Assembly (NCBI GenBank): GCA_964540825.1
Contig: CAZINT010000002.1
Location: 477-64,476 of the forward strand
Length of the DNA: 64,000 nucleotides
Direction: 5' to 3'
From: an uncultured Gammaproteobacteria bacterium
GTDB lineage: Bacteria > Patescibacteriota > Patescibacteriia > Magasanikbacterales > GWA2-37-8
The notes beneath the pieces were generated by a model, which was not told the origin of the DNA, did not search any database, and saw only the letters and a list, made by a program, of their open reading frames with translations. Shown here one piece after another: positions 9,767-18,888 of the stretch (its first letter is position 1; each line of letters opens with the position of its first letter). The position numbers were made by a program, and so were the translations under genes.

Positions 9767-11338
9767 CTACGGTTTAATATAGGTAACCACTTCTTGACCT
9801 TCGGTAACACCGGAGAGAACTTCTACCAAACCGCCGTCAGCTTCGAGTCCGGTCGTAACGTCTACAGAATGGTATGTTTTTTTGACGCTGTCATCAATAA
9901 CGCGAACGGAATGTTTGCCGTTTTCACTAATTATAGCGCTATTAGGCACAGTAAGTACTTGTTTTTTCTCAGCTACCAAAATAGTCATGTTGGCAGTCAT
10001 GCCGGGTTTGATTTCGTCAATTTTAGGAATGCTGGCTGTGACTTTATAGTTAACGACACCCGATACGACAGTAGAAGCAGGATTAATTGTTTGAATGGTG
10101 CCGGTAGAATGGCGATCAGGACCCAGAGCGTCAAAGGTGAAGTCAACGGTCTGACCGATTTTAAGCGAGGCAACATTGGCTTCGCTTACGTTTGCTTCGG
10201 CATGCAAGTCGCCAATATTTTGAAGGGTCATAACGGCCTGTAGCGCGCTGGCCTGTTCGCCAACTTTGGCGTTGATTTGGGTAATAGTTCCGTTAGCGGG
10301 GGCGCGAAGCGTTAAGTTGCCAAGGACGGCACGGGCAGAAGCAACTTGGCCCTGGGCTGAAAGAATCTGGGCGCGAGCAACAGCAAGGTCGGCCGGGCGC
10401 GCGGCAGAGCGCTGTACATCAAGGCTAGCTTTGGCTTGTTCGAGTGCCACAGTCGCACTGTTTACCTGTGCTTGTGCGGCGCTGATGGCGCTTTGCTGTG
10501 ATTCTACTGTGCTTTGGTAGGCATTATTGTTGGTTAAATAGGTGGCAGCTTTGGTGTTTGGAATATCCACTGTCCAATAGTCATCAGGATAGTAGGTTCC
10601 ATTAGGAAATTGTAAAAAAAGACCGTTGCCCATGGAAACAGGAATGGCTGCATTGAGTGGAATGGCGCCGGTTCCACTACCAAGACCACTAACGGTGTAC
10701 TGCATATTACCGGCCATGTACAAACTTATTTTATACTGGCCTTGCTCACTGCCGCCGTAGGTACCACTAATTGTCGGGGTGACAGTTGATCTGTTGGTAG
10801 GACCCGCTACTACGGCAGGAGTCGAGTTAAGGAGCGCATTGTAGGCATTTTTAACGAGAACTGCCTGTTGCTGCTTGGTGGTAGCTAAGTTTTGATTGGC
10901 GTTATCAAGTGCTGTTTGGGCAGCATCAACTGCGCGCTGCGCCACAGTGATTTGCTCATTGCTGGCGCCTGCTAGTACTTTGTCGTAATTAGCCTGGGCC
11001 TGGGCAAGGCTGCCAAGGGCGCTCGTGAGACTGGCTCCGGCACTGGCTTGGTCAAGTGTTGCCAAAATTTGGCCGCTTTTTACCGCATCACCTTCGTTCA
11101 CACGAATCTGACGGATCACACCGCTACCCTGAAAACTAAGGCTAAGATCAGTTTTGCTGACTACTTGGCCAGTGGTTAAAACTGTTTGTTCAATATCTTG
11201 TTTCTTAACTATATCAGTTTGAATGGTGGTGTTAGGAGCATTTTTTTTACGGACATAGCCAAAAACTACCAGCCCGGCGATACCGATAATTATGATACCC
11301 CAGATAACGCGCTTTTTGGTCAGAAACTTTTGGTTCAT
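9767..11338 (-). CDS. Efflux periplasmic adaptor subunit (MacA/HlyD family)
   Basis: TM anchor, lipoyl half-motifs (V.EGDAVKSGQILATLD, LRAPANGTI), coiled coils and IKPGMTANMTI. Confidence 0.9.
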   Translation of the reverse strand: MNQKFLTKKRVIWGIIIIGIAGLVVFGYVRKKNAPNTTIQTDIVKKQDIEQTVLTTGQVVSKTDLSLSFQGSGVIRQIRVNEGDAVKSGQILATLDQASAGASLTSALGSLAQAQANYDKVLAGASNEQITVAQRAVDAAQTALDNANQNLATTKQQQAVLVKNAYNALLNSTPAVVAGPTNRSTVTPTISGTYGGSEQGQYKISLYMAGNMQYTVSGLGSGTGAIPLNAAIPVSMGNGLFLQFPNGTYYPDDYWTVDIPNTKAATYLTNNNAYQSTVESQQSAISAAQAQVNSATVALEQAKASLDVQRSAARPADLAVARAQILSAQGQVASARAVLGNLTLRAPANGTITQINAKVGEQASALQAVMTLQNIGDLHAEANVSEANVASLKIGQTVDFTFDALGPDRHSTGTIQTINPASTVVSGVVNYKVTASIPKIDEIKPGMTANMTILVAEKKQVLTVPNSAIISENGKHSVRVIDDSVKKTYHSVDVTTGLEADGGLVEVLSGVTEGQEVVTYIKP

Positions 11339-11351
11339 ACAGAAGATTATA

Positions 11352-11696
11352 TTATTTAGCTAATTTATTTTTAGATTTGCTGCTTTTTAATATTTTTTGA
11401 AAATAGGTTTTAAAATTTTCTTCCTGACCGCTTCCCGAAAGGTGATCCATAACCATGTTAAAAAAATCTCCTACGTTATCTGCTTTAACAAAGGTCAGTA
11501 CCTTGCCCACCTTGTTGCCCATAGCAATTACTTGGTCGCCGGGCTTAAGGCCAAAGTCTTTGCGTGCGTCTGCCGGTATAACGATTTGCCCGCGCTCACC
11601 AACCGTTGTTGTGCCGTAGAGCCGGTCACCTTTATGAATGCGGTTATGAGCGGTCGAGGATTTTGAGGTGTTTATAGGCTTTTTTGTTGTAGCCAT
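11352..11696 (-). CDS. AbrB/MazE/SpoVT family transcriptional regulator
   Basis: TTVGERGQIVIPADARKDFGLKPGD motif; first gene of the exporter operon. Confidence 0.9.
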   Translation of the reverse strand: MATTKKPINTSKSSTAHNRIHKGDRLYGTTTVGERGQIVIPADARKDFGLKPGDQVIAMGNKVGKVLTFVKADNVGDFFNMVMDHLSGSGQEENFKTYFQKILKSSKSKNKLAK

Positions 11697-11712
11697 AAAG
11701 ATTTAAAGGGAT

Positions 11713-11737
11713 ATATGATATATCATATTTATCATAT
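11713..11737. promoter_or_regulatory. Probable operator upstream of the AbrB-exporter operon
   Basis: Perfect 16-bp palindrome ATATGATATATCATAT (11713-11728) plus a repeated TATCATAT half-site (11730-11737). Confidence 0.5.
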
Positions 11738-11874
11738 TTTGCTGAGTAAGTCAAATAAAAGAGCCTTCTTGAAAAAGCTTGGATTGCTGCATAAAAACAT
11801 CATAACCCTTGTAACTTTTATTAAAATATGGTGTATGTATACATACGAGAAAATGGGCGGGAAGGAGGAAAACG

Positions 11875-12255
11875 ATGGAAAGAATCGCCGTGGTGAGCGT
11901 CAGTCGGGCAGTGCGCCTCAGAGCCTACAGGCTTCATCATTATGATCAATCAGTCCGCGAATACGCCTGTTTGCTGGAATTGCAGATTGGCGATCGGGAA
12001 CTTGCTGGCTGCGACTTCGTGAATCGAGCGCTCGAGCTGCTGGCACAGATGATGCGTCTGCAGCGAGAGAAACCGCAAAACGCGCTCCGGTCACTCTACA
12101 TTGTGAATAAGCATTTCACTTCGATTTTGCGGATCTGCGTTGAATCGTGGGAGTATGAGGAGGCCGTAGCCTGCTATGAAGCGCGGCTTCACTGCACCAT
12201 GGCCCTCCTGGCTGAGCGGGGTCTCAGCCTCGAGCATTTGTCGCAATTCGCTTGA
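11875..12255 (+). CDS. Orphan hypothetical protein (GC-rich cassette)
   Basis: AAGGAGG SD before ATG; GGCGCCG/CGGCGCC hairpin downstream. Confidence 0.6.
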   Translation: MERIAVVSVSRAVRLRAYRLHHYDQSVREYACLLELQIGDRELAGCDFVNRALELLAQMMRLQREKPQNALRSLYIVNKHFTSILRICVESWEYEEAVACYEARLHCTMALLAERGLSLEHLSQFA

Positions 12256-12331
12256 CGCACGTACGTTCTGTTTTTTCGTTTTGGCGCCGCATGTTTTTTC
12301 GTGTCGGCGCCGCTTTGTTTATTTTGGAAAT

Positions 12332-13978
12332 TTATTTAATACGGATAGCAACCGGGCGGTCATTGTTAGAGATGAGCCCGCCCCAGTAGGGGAGAATCGT
12401 GTAATAGTAGGTATGCGAGCGAGTCACGCGTCGATCCGTAAACGTAAACGTATTTTTAGAAACACGCCCGATTTCGCTGCCGCGTTCGCGGCTTGAGTCA
12501 GAGCGGTATATGATATAGCCATCGTAATCAAATACTTCTTGATTTAAATCCCAGGTAAGAATGCTGGTCACCCCTGATTGGCGCACGCTTGATCCGGGAA
12601 TGCTGGGAAATGTGTTTAAGGAAGTTGCTGCGCCAACTGAAACCGAAATTTTTCCGCAAACGGTTGTAGTGCTTTGGCAGACAACAATATCACTCGAACC
12701 GTTAGCCAATCCGTTTACCCGTAAGGCGCTTCCGTTCAAACTTGCTGAAACAATGCCGGAGTTACTGTTGGAAGAAATATAGTAGCCGGCAGCTAAAGGG
12801 TTAGTAATTGCGATTTGCATACTCTGACCGCGGAAAAGTGGAATGGTAAAACTAAGACCGCCAAGTGTAATCGGAGTGGTAGTAAGTAATGTGATTGTAA
12901 TTGTAGTGCAGCTCGACGTGTTTTGCGTATCGCACACAACGACCGTGCTTGATCCGTAATCGGCAGTGCTCGTAAGCGTAAGGACGCTGCCGCTGAGCGA
13001 CGCGTTCACTCCGGAAGTGTATGTTGAAGCTCCGGAAATAAAATAATTTCCGGACCCTCCGTAGATAGTGACGGTTCTGTTTTGGTAGCGAGTAAGGTCG
13101 AGCGTATTCTGGCTGGCGCTGAGCGTGCTATAGGTGGGATTAGTGGTGATTAAGAGTGTGCCGCAGCTGTTCGGAAAACCAACTGCGCAAATAGTTAGGG
13201 TCGAAGAACCGTTGTAGCTCTTACCGTAGAGCGAAAGCGTGCTACCGCTGATTGAAGGGCTCACGACATTTGGATTGGAATTCGAGGTAACGTAGTAATT
13301 GCCCGCGGAGCTGCCGTACAGCGTAACAGAAGTCGTTTGACCGTTTTGCAGTGTTACTGTGTTTTGACTAAAAGTAACTTGATTTTGATTGCCGCTACCG
13401 GAGCCAACATTTACCCAAACTGTGCTGCACCCTGCATTCGCACCGCACAAAGTAAGCTGTGACGAACCCGTTGTATTTCCGGTTACATTTACTTGGGAGT
13501 TATTGGCAGCTGCTCCGAGTACGGAACTGTTGCTATTATACGCAATATATACCTGTGTTGAAGCAGTAATGGTAAAACTTTGACCGATTGCCAACTGGAG
13601 GTTGCTTTGGCTGAGCGTCAGATTATTCGTATATGAAGGCCACGAAATGGTGGGGGAAGAAATGCCGTTAATAATCGCATATGTTTGAGCGCCGCTTGAA
13701 ATACCGTAGGTGCCGCTACTGATAGTCATGTTTAGATTTCCATTCGAGTCAGTATACCCGAAATTACTTACCGTGGTTGGCGTAGCAGCACCGGGGCGGT
13801 AAAAGACTAATTGTGCAGTACTATTTGCATCTCCACTAATGCGCACGTGCACCTGGTCGCCGCTGCTGACGCTTGAGGTAATATACGGTTGGATGGCAGC
13901 ATGACTTGGTCGGAATGAGCAAGCGAGTCCGGCCACTGCTAACAATGTAAAAAGTGACCATTTTTGAAAATTCCGCAT
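12332..13978 (-). CDS. Secreted Ser/Thr-rich surface protein with tandem Ig-like repeats and a C-terminal FN3-like domain
   Basis: Signal peptide; about four repeats of SQN..L...YY..SNSN..V....SGS.L...GSS....C....C; YIIYRS...TFTD...YYY. Confidence 0.8.
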   Translation of the reverse strand: MRNFQKWSLFTLLAVAGLACSFRPSHAAIQPYITSSVSSGDQVHVRISGDANSTAQLVFYRPGAATPTTVSNFGYTDSNGNLNMTISSGTYGISSGAQTYAIINGISSPTISWPSYTNNLTLSQSNLQLAIGQSFTITASTQVYIAYNSNSSVLGAAANNSQVNVTGNTTGSSQLTLCGANAGCSTVWVNVGSGSGNQNQVTFSQNTVTLQNGQTTSVTLYGSSAGNYYVTSNSNPNVVSPSISGSTLSLYGKSYNGSSTLTICAVGFPNSCGTLLITTNPTYSTLSASQNTLDLTRYQNRTVTIYGGSGNYFISGASTYTSGVNASLSGSVLTLTSTADYGSSTVVVCDTQNTSSCTTITITLLTTTPITLGGLSFTIPLFRGQSMQIAITNPLAAGYYISSNSNSGIVSASLNGSALRVNGLANGSSDIVVCQSTTTVCGKISVSVGAATSLNTFPSIPGSSVRQSGVTSILTWDLNQEVFDYDGYIIYRSDSSRERGSEIGRVSKNTFTFTDRRVTRSHTYYYTILPYWGGLISNNDRPVAIRIK

Positions 13979-14104
13979 ACTAAAATAATTAAAAATGATA
14001 TACCTGTAGTCTACCAGGAAAAACTTGTTTTGTAGTCTTCTGTCAAGTGTTGTCTTAATTAAAAAACCAAGGTTTTTAACCCTGGTTTTTAAAAACTTGC
14101 TCGA

Positions 14105-15013
14105 TTATTTTTTGGTTATGCCGCCGGGCATGAGAACAATCGTGCCGCTCAGCATCCCGACCTTACCGTCCAGCATCGCAGTTACTGTGTAGGAATCACC
14201 GGTGCTGGTATAGGTGTAGGCTTTACCGCCCGGGTCAGGGGGGATAGAGCCAAAATAAGGGTATGGGCAATCATTGCTTGATCCCCAGCCATCGGTATTC
14301 AGGCACGAAGTTTCGTTCATGCCCAGTACTACTTGCGTTCCCTCAGGGTACATGCCCGCTGCAGTAAAATAGGCAGCAAGCGCAATTTGAAGTTGTTTGA
14401 GCGTCGTGACACGTTCTAAATCAGTTGCACTCGCCGAGCTATCAGTAATTGGCGCGACCACAGGGTTTTCGCCGGAAAAAATATCTGGTTGTCTAATGTC
14501 AGTCGGTGCAACCGGTTGGCTGAGCGTGGTGAGTGCTGCGGTAGTGGTGGCAATTGATTCGATGGCGCTGAGTGGAATTTTTGAAGGAGTAACTTTAATT
14601 TTGAGTTGGCGGCCATTCGGAGCGATGGTATTTTTTCCGGTGTACTTGATTGAGTAATAATACGTCTTGCCCGCCAGAGCTTTTTTGTCGGTAAATGTGA
14701 GCTGTGTCTTTGTAGGGTGTCCGATATCTGCGCCTAGTTTTCCGGATTGCTCCGAGCGATACACTATGTAATTGGCGAAACTAACTCCTTTTGCTGGCTT
14801 GCCCCATTTCAAAATCACAGCTGGTCCCAGCTGTTGCACGGTAAGCCCGGGAACGATAGGTAGTTTTATAGTTTTTACAACTGCTGGCTTAGTAATTTTG
14901 GCAATTGTCCCGGTGGACGCAGCAATGGTTAAGCCGCTAAAGGTAAGACAGACAACGGCGACGAAGCTGTAGAACAGAAAGTTTCTGGCCTGCTTCGCGG
15001 TAGTATTTTTCAT
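14105..15013 (-). CDS. Secreted protein with FN3-like domain and GspG/pilin-like C-terminal domain
   Basis: YIVYRS...TFTDKK..AGKTYYY followed by DLERVTTLKQLQIALAAYF...YP...IPPDP. Confidence 0.7.
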   Translation of the reverse strand: MKNTTAKQARNFLFYSFVAVVCLTFSGLTIAASTGTIAKITKPAVVKTIKLPIVPGLTVQQLGPAVILKWGKPAKGVSFANYIVYRSEQSGKLGADIGHPTKTQLTFTDKKALAGKTYYYSIKYTGKNTIAPNGRQLKIKVTPSKIPLSAIESIATTTAALTTLSQPVAPTDIRQPDIFSGENPVVAPITDSSASATDLERVTTLKQLQIALAAYFTAAGMYPEGTQVVLGMNETSCLNTDGWGSSNDCPYPYFGSIPPDPGGKAYTYTSTGDSYTVTAMLDGKVGMLSGTIVLMPGGITKK

Positions 15014-15108
15014 AGATACAATTAAGAATATAGCTGTAGTATAGCACTTTTTCATCTTCGTGGGCAGTGATATTTTTTGTTTGTAAAGAGTGTGGTAGTA
15101 TGGAGTCT

Positions 15109-15606
15109 ATGCAAATACCTTATAGACGCCCTGGTAAATTCAGCCAAATGAAAGGAGATCCGCTCATTACGCGTGAGAAATTTTTAGAATTAGAGCGTAA
15201 GCTGGATCGACTTAAAAATATCAGCCGCCCTGAAGCCGCGAGCGAAGTAAAACGTCTTGCGGAATTAGGTGATTTTTCGGAAAACGCTGAGTATCAACTC
15301 GCCAAAGGCAGGCTCCGAGGGATCAATAGCCGAATACTCTCAATTGAAATTCAGCTGAAGCAAGCGATCGTTATTAATCATGAGGATACGGGACAAGTGC
15401 AGGTAGGAAGTACGGTTACTATTTCAGACGGTGCGAGCGAAAAGACCTACCAGATTTTGGGGTCAACCGAAACGAGGCCCCAGCAAGGAATTATTTCACA
15501 TAATTCGCCCGTCGGAAAAGCGCTGCTCGGGCACGAAGTGGGGGACAGGGTGCGCGTTGAATTAGCGACGCGGGAAGTTGAATATACCATACTAAAAATT
15601 AGGTAA
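15109..15606 (+). CDS. greA: Transcription elongation factor GreA/GreB
   Basis: GDFSENAEY acidic finger and ISHNSPVGKALLG. Confidence 0.9.
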   Translation: MQIPYRRPGKFSQMKGDPLITREKFLELERKLDRLKNISRPEAASEVKRLAELGDFSENAEYQLAKGRLRGINSRILSIEIQLKQAIVINHEDTGQVQVGSTVTISDGASEKTYQILGSTETRPQQGIISHNSPVGKALLGHEVGDRVRVELATREVEYTILKIR

Positions 15607-15614
15607 CCGGCATC

Positions 15615-15643
15615 AAAAAACAGGCTCGAAAGCCTGTTTTTTT
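15615..15643. terminator. Bidirectional intrinsic terminator
   Basis: AAAAAACAGGCT-cgaa-AGCCTGTTTTTT. Confidence 0.85.
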
Positions 15644-15651
15644 AGTATGTT

Positions 15652-16287
15652 TTATTTTTTCTTTTTTGCCGCCGCTTTTTTGGCAGCAGGCTTGGCTGGT
15701 TCTTCAGCCTTCTCTTCTTTTTTAACTTTTTTCTTACCGATCGCTTCAGCCTTCTCAAGGGTGATTGGCTCAAGTTTTGATTGATTAGGGTTAAGGGCGT
15801 TTAAGATTCTATCAAGTTTGTCGTTGAGCTGTTCGAGCTGCTCTTTGAGGCTATCAATATTTTTGTTAGTATTGACGCCGCCTTTGTCAAAACAGTTGTT
15901 GCAAAAGACCGGTTTACCAGCAAGAGGTTTGAACGGTACTTCGCAATCGTTACCGCATTTACCACAGGTAGCGTGAAACATTTTTTTGTCTTCAAAACTT
16001 GGGCGCTGGAAGCTGTTGCCACCAAAGCGGGGGGCACCGGCTCCGGCATTTCCTTCGCGTTCAAAACAGTTGCTGCAAAATACAGGGCGTCCGCCGGATG
16101 GGCGAAACGGGATTTTACAATCCCTGCCGCAGGTGCTGCAGGTTGCATCGTAGAGCTCGCGTTTTTCGCCGCCAAAACCACCGCGGTTGCCTCCACCAAA
16201 TGAAGGGCGTCCGCCAAAATCTCGTTTGCCAAAAGGCTTGCCTCCTCGGTCGCCACCAGGTCCTCGATTGTCTCTAAAATTCTTCAT
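15652..16287 (-). CDS. CxxC-x17-CxxC domain protein (two zinc ribbons, RGG-rich)
   Basis: Two copies of ATC..CG..C..PF.P..G.PVFC..CF. Confidence 0.88.
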   Translation of the reverse strand: MKNFRDNRGPGGDRGGKPFGKRDFGGRPSFGGGNRGGFGGEKRELYDATCSTCGRDCKIPFRPSGGRPVFCSNCFEREGNAGAGAPRFGGNSFQRPSFEDKKMFHATCGKCGNDCEVPFKPLAGKPVFCNNCFDKGGVNTNKNIDSLKEQLEQLNDKLDRILNALNPNQSKLEPITLEKAEAIGKKKVKKEEKAEEPAKPAAKKAAAKKKK

Positions 16288-16383
16288 AGGGTAGAGCTTG
16301 ATTAAGCTGTATTAATAAGGGTAACTAGTGAAGACTACACTATTTTGCGATAAATAGCAAGGGGCAGACCTTCGGAAAGGCTT

Positions 16384-17100
16384 TTAGGAGGCCAAATAAT
16401 GACGCAGGGTGAAGACGAGTTCCGGGTTTTGATCGATCTCATTTTTTTGAGTTTCACTGCCGTAGAGCCACTCGAGATACGCTTTATCGCTTTTGGCTAC
16501 CTCAGCATAGGTCTTCCCTTTGTATTTTCCAAAACGAATTGTGTTCAAGAGTGTTGGTTGCTGATTAAGCTCCAAAATTTTTTCATAGACCTGAGCTTCA
16601 TCTGTAAGGTTGTATTTTTCGGCAACTTTTTTCTGTAAATATTCAAAAAGCGCTTCTAAAACTAGAATATCACCCAGTGCGTCATGAGCGGTTCCGGCAA
16701 CATTGAGTCCGAGGAAATAACGCAGGTACTGCAAAGCATGCTGCTCGGCGCCCTCAACTACATGGCGGGAGAGTCGGACAGTATCAATATGATTGTTGAT
16801 GATAACTCCTTCGTTTTTGAGAATGCCGATATCAAAAGCAGCATTGTGAGCGACAACGATTACATGCTCAAGTTCATTCACCAAAGTTTTGCGGCATTCA
16901 CTTCCGGCAAAGGCGGGTTTATCTTCAACCATTTCATGTGTGATGTGGTGTACAGCCATGGCGCCATAAGAAATTTTTACGGGTGGCTTAAAGTATTCGT
17001 TTACAATCGTACCAGTTGCACTGTTTTTGTAAGCGAGTTGCACCAAGCGTGCGCCCGGATCAGTCCCGGTAGTTTCGGTATCAAGATATAAAAAATGCAT
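16384..17100 (-). CDS. DEDDh 3'-5' exonuclease (DnaQ/ExoX-like) with C-terminal FGKYKG domain
   Basis: YLDTETTG, VAHNAAFD, HDALGD and FGKYKGK..EVAK.DKAYLEWL motifs. Confidence 0.88.
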   Translation of the reverse strand: MHFLYLDTETTGTDPGARLVQLAYKNSATGTIVNEYFKPPVKISYGAMAVHHITHEMVEDKPAFAGSECRKTLVNELEHVIVVAHNAAFDIGILKNEGVIINNHIDTVRLSRHVVEGAEQHALQYLRYFLGLNVAGTAHDALGDILVLEALFEYLQKKVAEKYNLTDEAQVYEKILELNQQPTLLNTIRFGKYKGKTYAEVAKSDKAYLEWLYGSETQKNEIDQNPELVFTLRHYLAS

Positions 17101-17205
17101 ATAAGTATTTACTTCCATGACGCTGCAAGCTTATCTTGCGGAGCGCGCTGTGCAGTTAAAACAAGGTTCATATTCTTGATAAACAAAAAATTTTAAAAAC
17201 AGTAA

Positions 17206-18258
17206 TTACCCTTTATATTCGTTTAAAAAAACAAGCGTTGCGCGTTCGGCTATTTTGAGACGTGCATTGGTAAACTTTTTCATTTTTGATCTTTTGGCAC
17301 AATCAGGTAAACGGTGTTTGAGATAGACTGCCAGTACTCCGGGATGGATATAGGATTTTCTACAAATTGCAGGTGTGTTACCGAGCTCCTCGGCAACCTG
17401 TTGAATGGTGGTGGTGATATTTTTTTTAAGCTCGGTTTTGGTTGTGGCAGCAGATTGGATTAAAAGCTGCTTGAGTGCTGAGACGGTAGCGTGCCAGGTC
17501 CTGAAATCTTTGGCGGTAAAATCATTCTGGGAGATTTCTTTCAAATACGCATTTACATCGTTTGATTCAACACGATGGATTGACCCGTCGCTGTCGCGAT
17601 ATTCAAATAGTTCGTACCCGGGCAATTCTTGGCTGGTATGAATAATTTTAGCCAGTTCTTTGTTGTGGAATTCAACGGTATGCTGAATGCCTCGTTTACC
17701 GCGAAACGAAAATTGGATTGTATCGCCGTGTATTCGGGCATGACGATTGCGAAGGGTGGTTAAGCCATAGGATTTATTTTCTTTGGCATATTCTTCGTTG
17801 CCAATACGAATATGGGTTTTGTCGAGCACGGCTACGATCGCCGCTAGTATTTTTTGACGTGGATTTCCTTTTTCGTGAAGTTGTTTATGCACCGTTTCTC
17901 TAATTGCGGGCAGTGCTTGGCCGAACGCAAGCATGTGCTCAAATTTATTAGCATCTCTCACGGCTCGCCAATTAGGATGATAGAGATACTGCGTGCGCCC
18001 TCGTTGGTCCTTGCCGGTGGCCTGCAGGTGACCATTAGCAAATGGAGAAATGTGTACATCACGGTAGGCGGGCGGAATTTTAATTTGCCTGATCCGTTTT
18101 AAAATAGTTTTATCGGTAATTGTTGTGTTTGCAGTATCGCGATACCTAAAACCTCGCCCTAAACGAACGCGAGTGATGGTCAGTTTTTCTGGGTACATGT
18201 AGTGTAGTCCATTTTCTTCTGCAATACTTTTGCTGTCGAGTTCCGGTGTTTGGTGCAT
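17206..18258 (-). CDS. DNA topoisomerase IB (bacterial/poxvirus-like)
   Basis: GRTQYLYH, IRIGNEEY, SYGLTTLR, FRGKRG, AKDFRTW and LGNTPAICRKSYIHP (catalytic Tyr). Confidence 0.93.
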   Translation of the reverse strand: MHQTPELDSKSIAEENGLHYMYPEKLTITRVRLGRGFRYRDTANTTITDKTILKRIRQIKIPPAYRDVHISPFANGHLQATGKDQRGRTQYLYHPNWRAVRDANKFEHMLAFGQALPAIRETVHKQLHEKGNPRQKILAAIVAVLDKTHIRIGNEEYAKENKSYGLTTLRNRHARIHGDTIQFSFRGKRGIQHTVEFHNKELAKIIHTSQELPGYELFEYRDSDGSIHRVESNDVNAYLKEISQNDFTAKDFRTWHATVSALKQLLIQSAATTKTELKKNITTTIQQVAEELGNTPAICRKSYIHPGVLAVYLKHRLPDCAKRSKMKKFTNARLKIAERATLVFLNEYKG

Positions 18259-18334
18259 ACAAGAAGTTGCTGATTGGTAGATTTGTAATTAGTTTAGCAT
18301 GCTGCGTCCTGCCTGGCTAGCAGATTCTAATAAT

Positions 18335-18364
18335 AAAACAAGCTTCCGTCAGGAAGCTTGTTTT
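18335..18364. terminator. Intrinsic terminator
   Basis: AAAACAAGCTTCC-gtca-GGAAGCTTGTTTT, just after the stop of the 44-aa ORF. Confidence 0.8.
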
Positions 18365-18373
18365 GGTTTTTTG

Positions 18374-18508
18374 TTAAGCGTTGTCCGGTGTACTTGGTAC
18401 GCCGTCGCCATCGTGATCGTGGCCGTCGCCTTTAGTATGGCCTGGAGGAAGTGGTGTGCCGTCTTTAGTCATTGTGTCGTCTTGGTCTTCGTCAGTAGTG
18501 TAGAACAT
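18374..18508 (-). CDS. Small acidic/His-rich peptide (44 aa), absent from the ORF track
   Basis: MFYTTDEDQDDTMTKDGTPLPPGHTKGDGHDHDGDGVPSTPDNA; candidate promoter TTGACG-17-TACGGT (18581-18609) and terminator; alternative ATG at 18514. Confidence 0.65.
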   Translation of the reverse strand: MFYTTDEDQDDTMTKDGTPLPPGHTKGDGHDHDGDGVPSTPDNA

Positions 18509-18666
18509 AGTCATGCTGTTAATGAATAATTTCTGAGATATGGTAGCGCACGCTCGACTGCGTACCCATAGCTCATAGGTACCGTACGTTGCTCTCGTTT
18601 ATTCGTCAAGTGGGTTGTGCAATATCGCACTATAGCGTAGAATAGTTTTTTACTTAATCAAAACAT

Positions 18667-18759
18667 ATGCTTGATTTTATCAAATCATATTTTATTGCCT
18701 GGATCCTCGGCGGTGGATTCTTTTTGGCACTCGTCATCTATCTTATTTTTTTCCGCTAA
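18667..18759 (+). CDS. Small single-pass membrane peptide (30 aa), absent from the ORF track
   Basis: MLDFIKSYFIAWILGGGFFLALVIYLIFFR; candidate promoter TTGTGC-17-TAGAAT (18615-18643); terminator hairpin near 18788-18816. Confidence 0.6.
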   Translation: MLDFIKSYFIAWILGGGFFLALVIYLIFFR

Positions 18760-18888
18760 TGTATACATACATTTGACAGATTACTGTGTAGTCGGGTTTT
18801 TTCCCGGCTACTTTTTATAAAAAGAGTTATTTAAGCATTGACAAAAAAGTCAAAATAGTGTCAAGTAATCCTCAGGGAGGACTATATA

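Noticed and set aside
18299-18529. Plus-strand 76-aa ORF from the track
   Set aside because: It runs through a terminator and is antisense to the better-supported 44-aa minus-strand gene.
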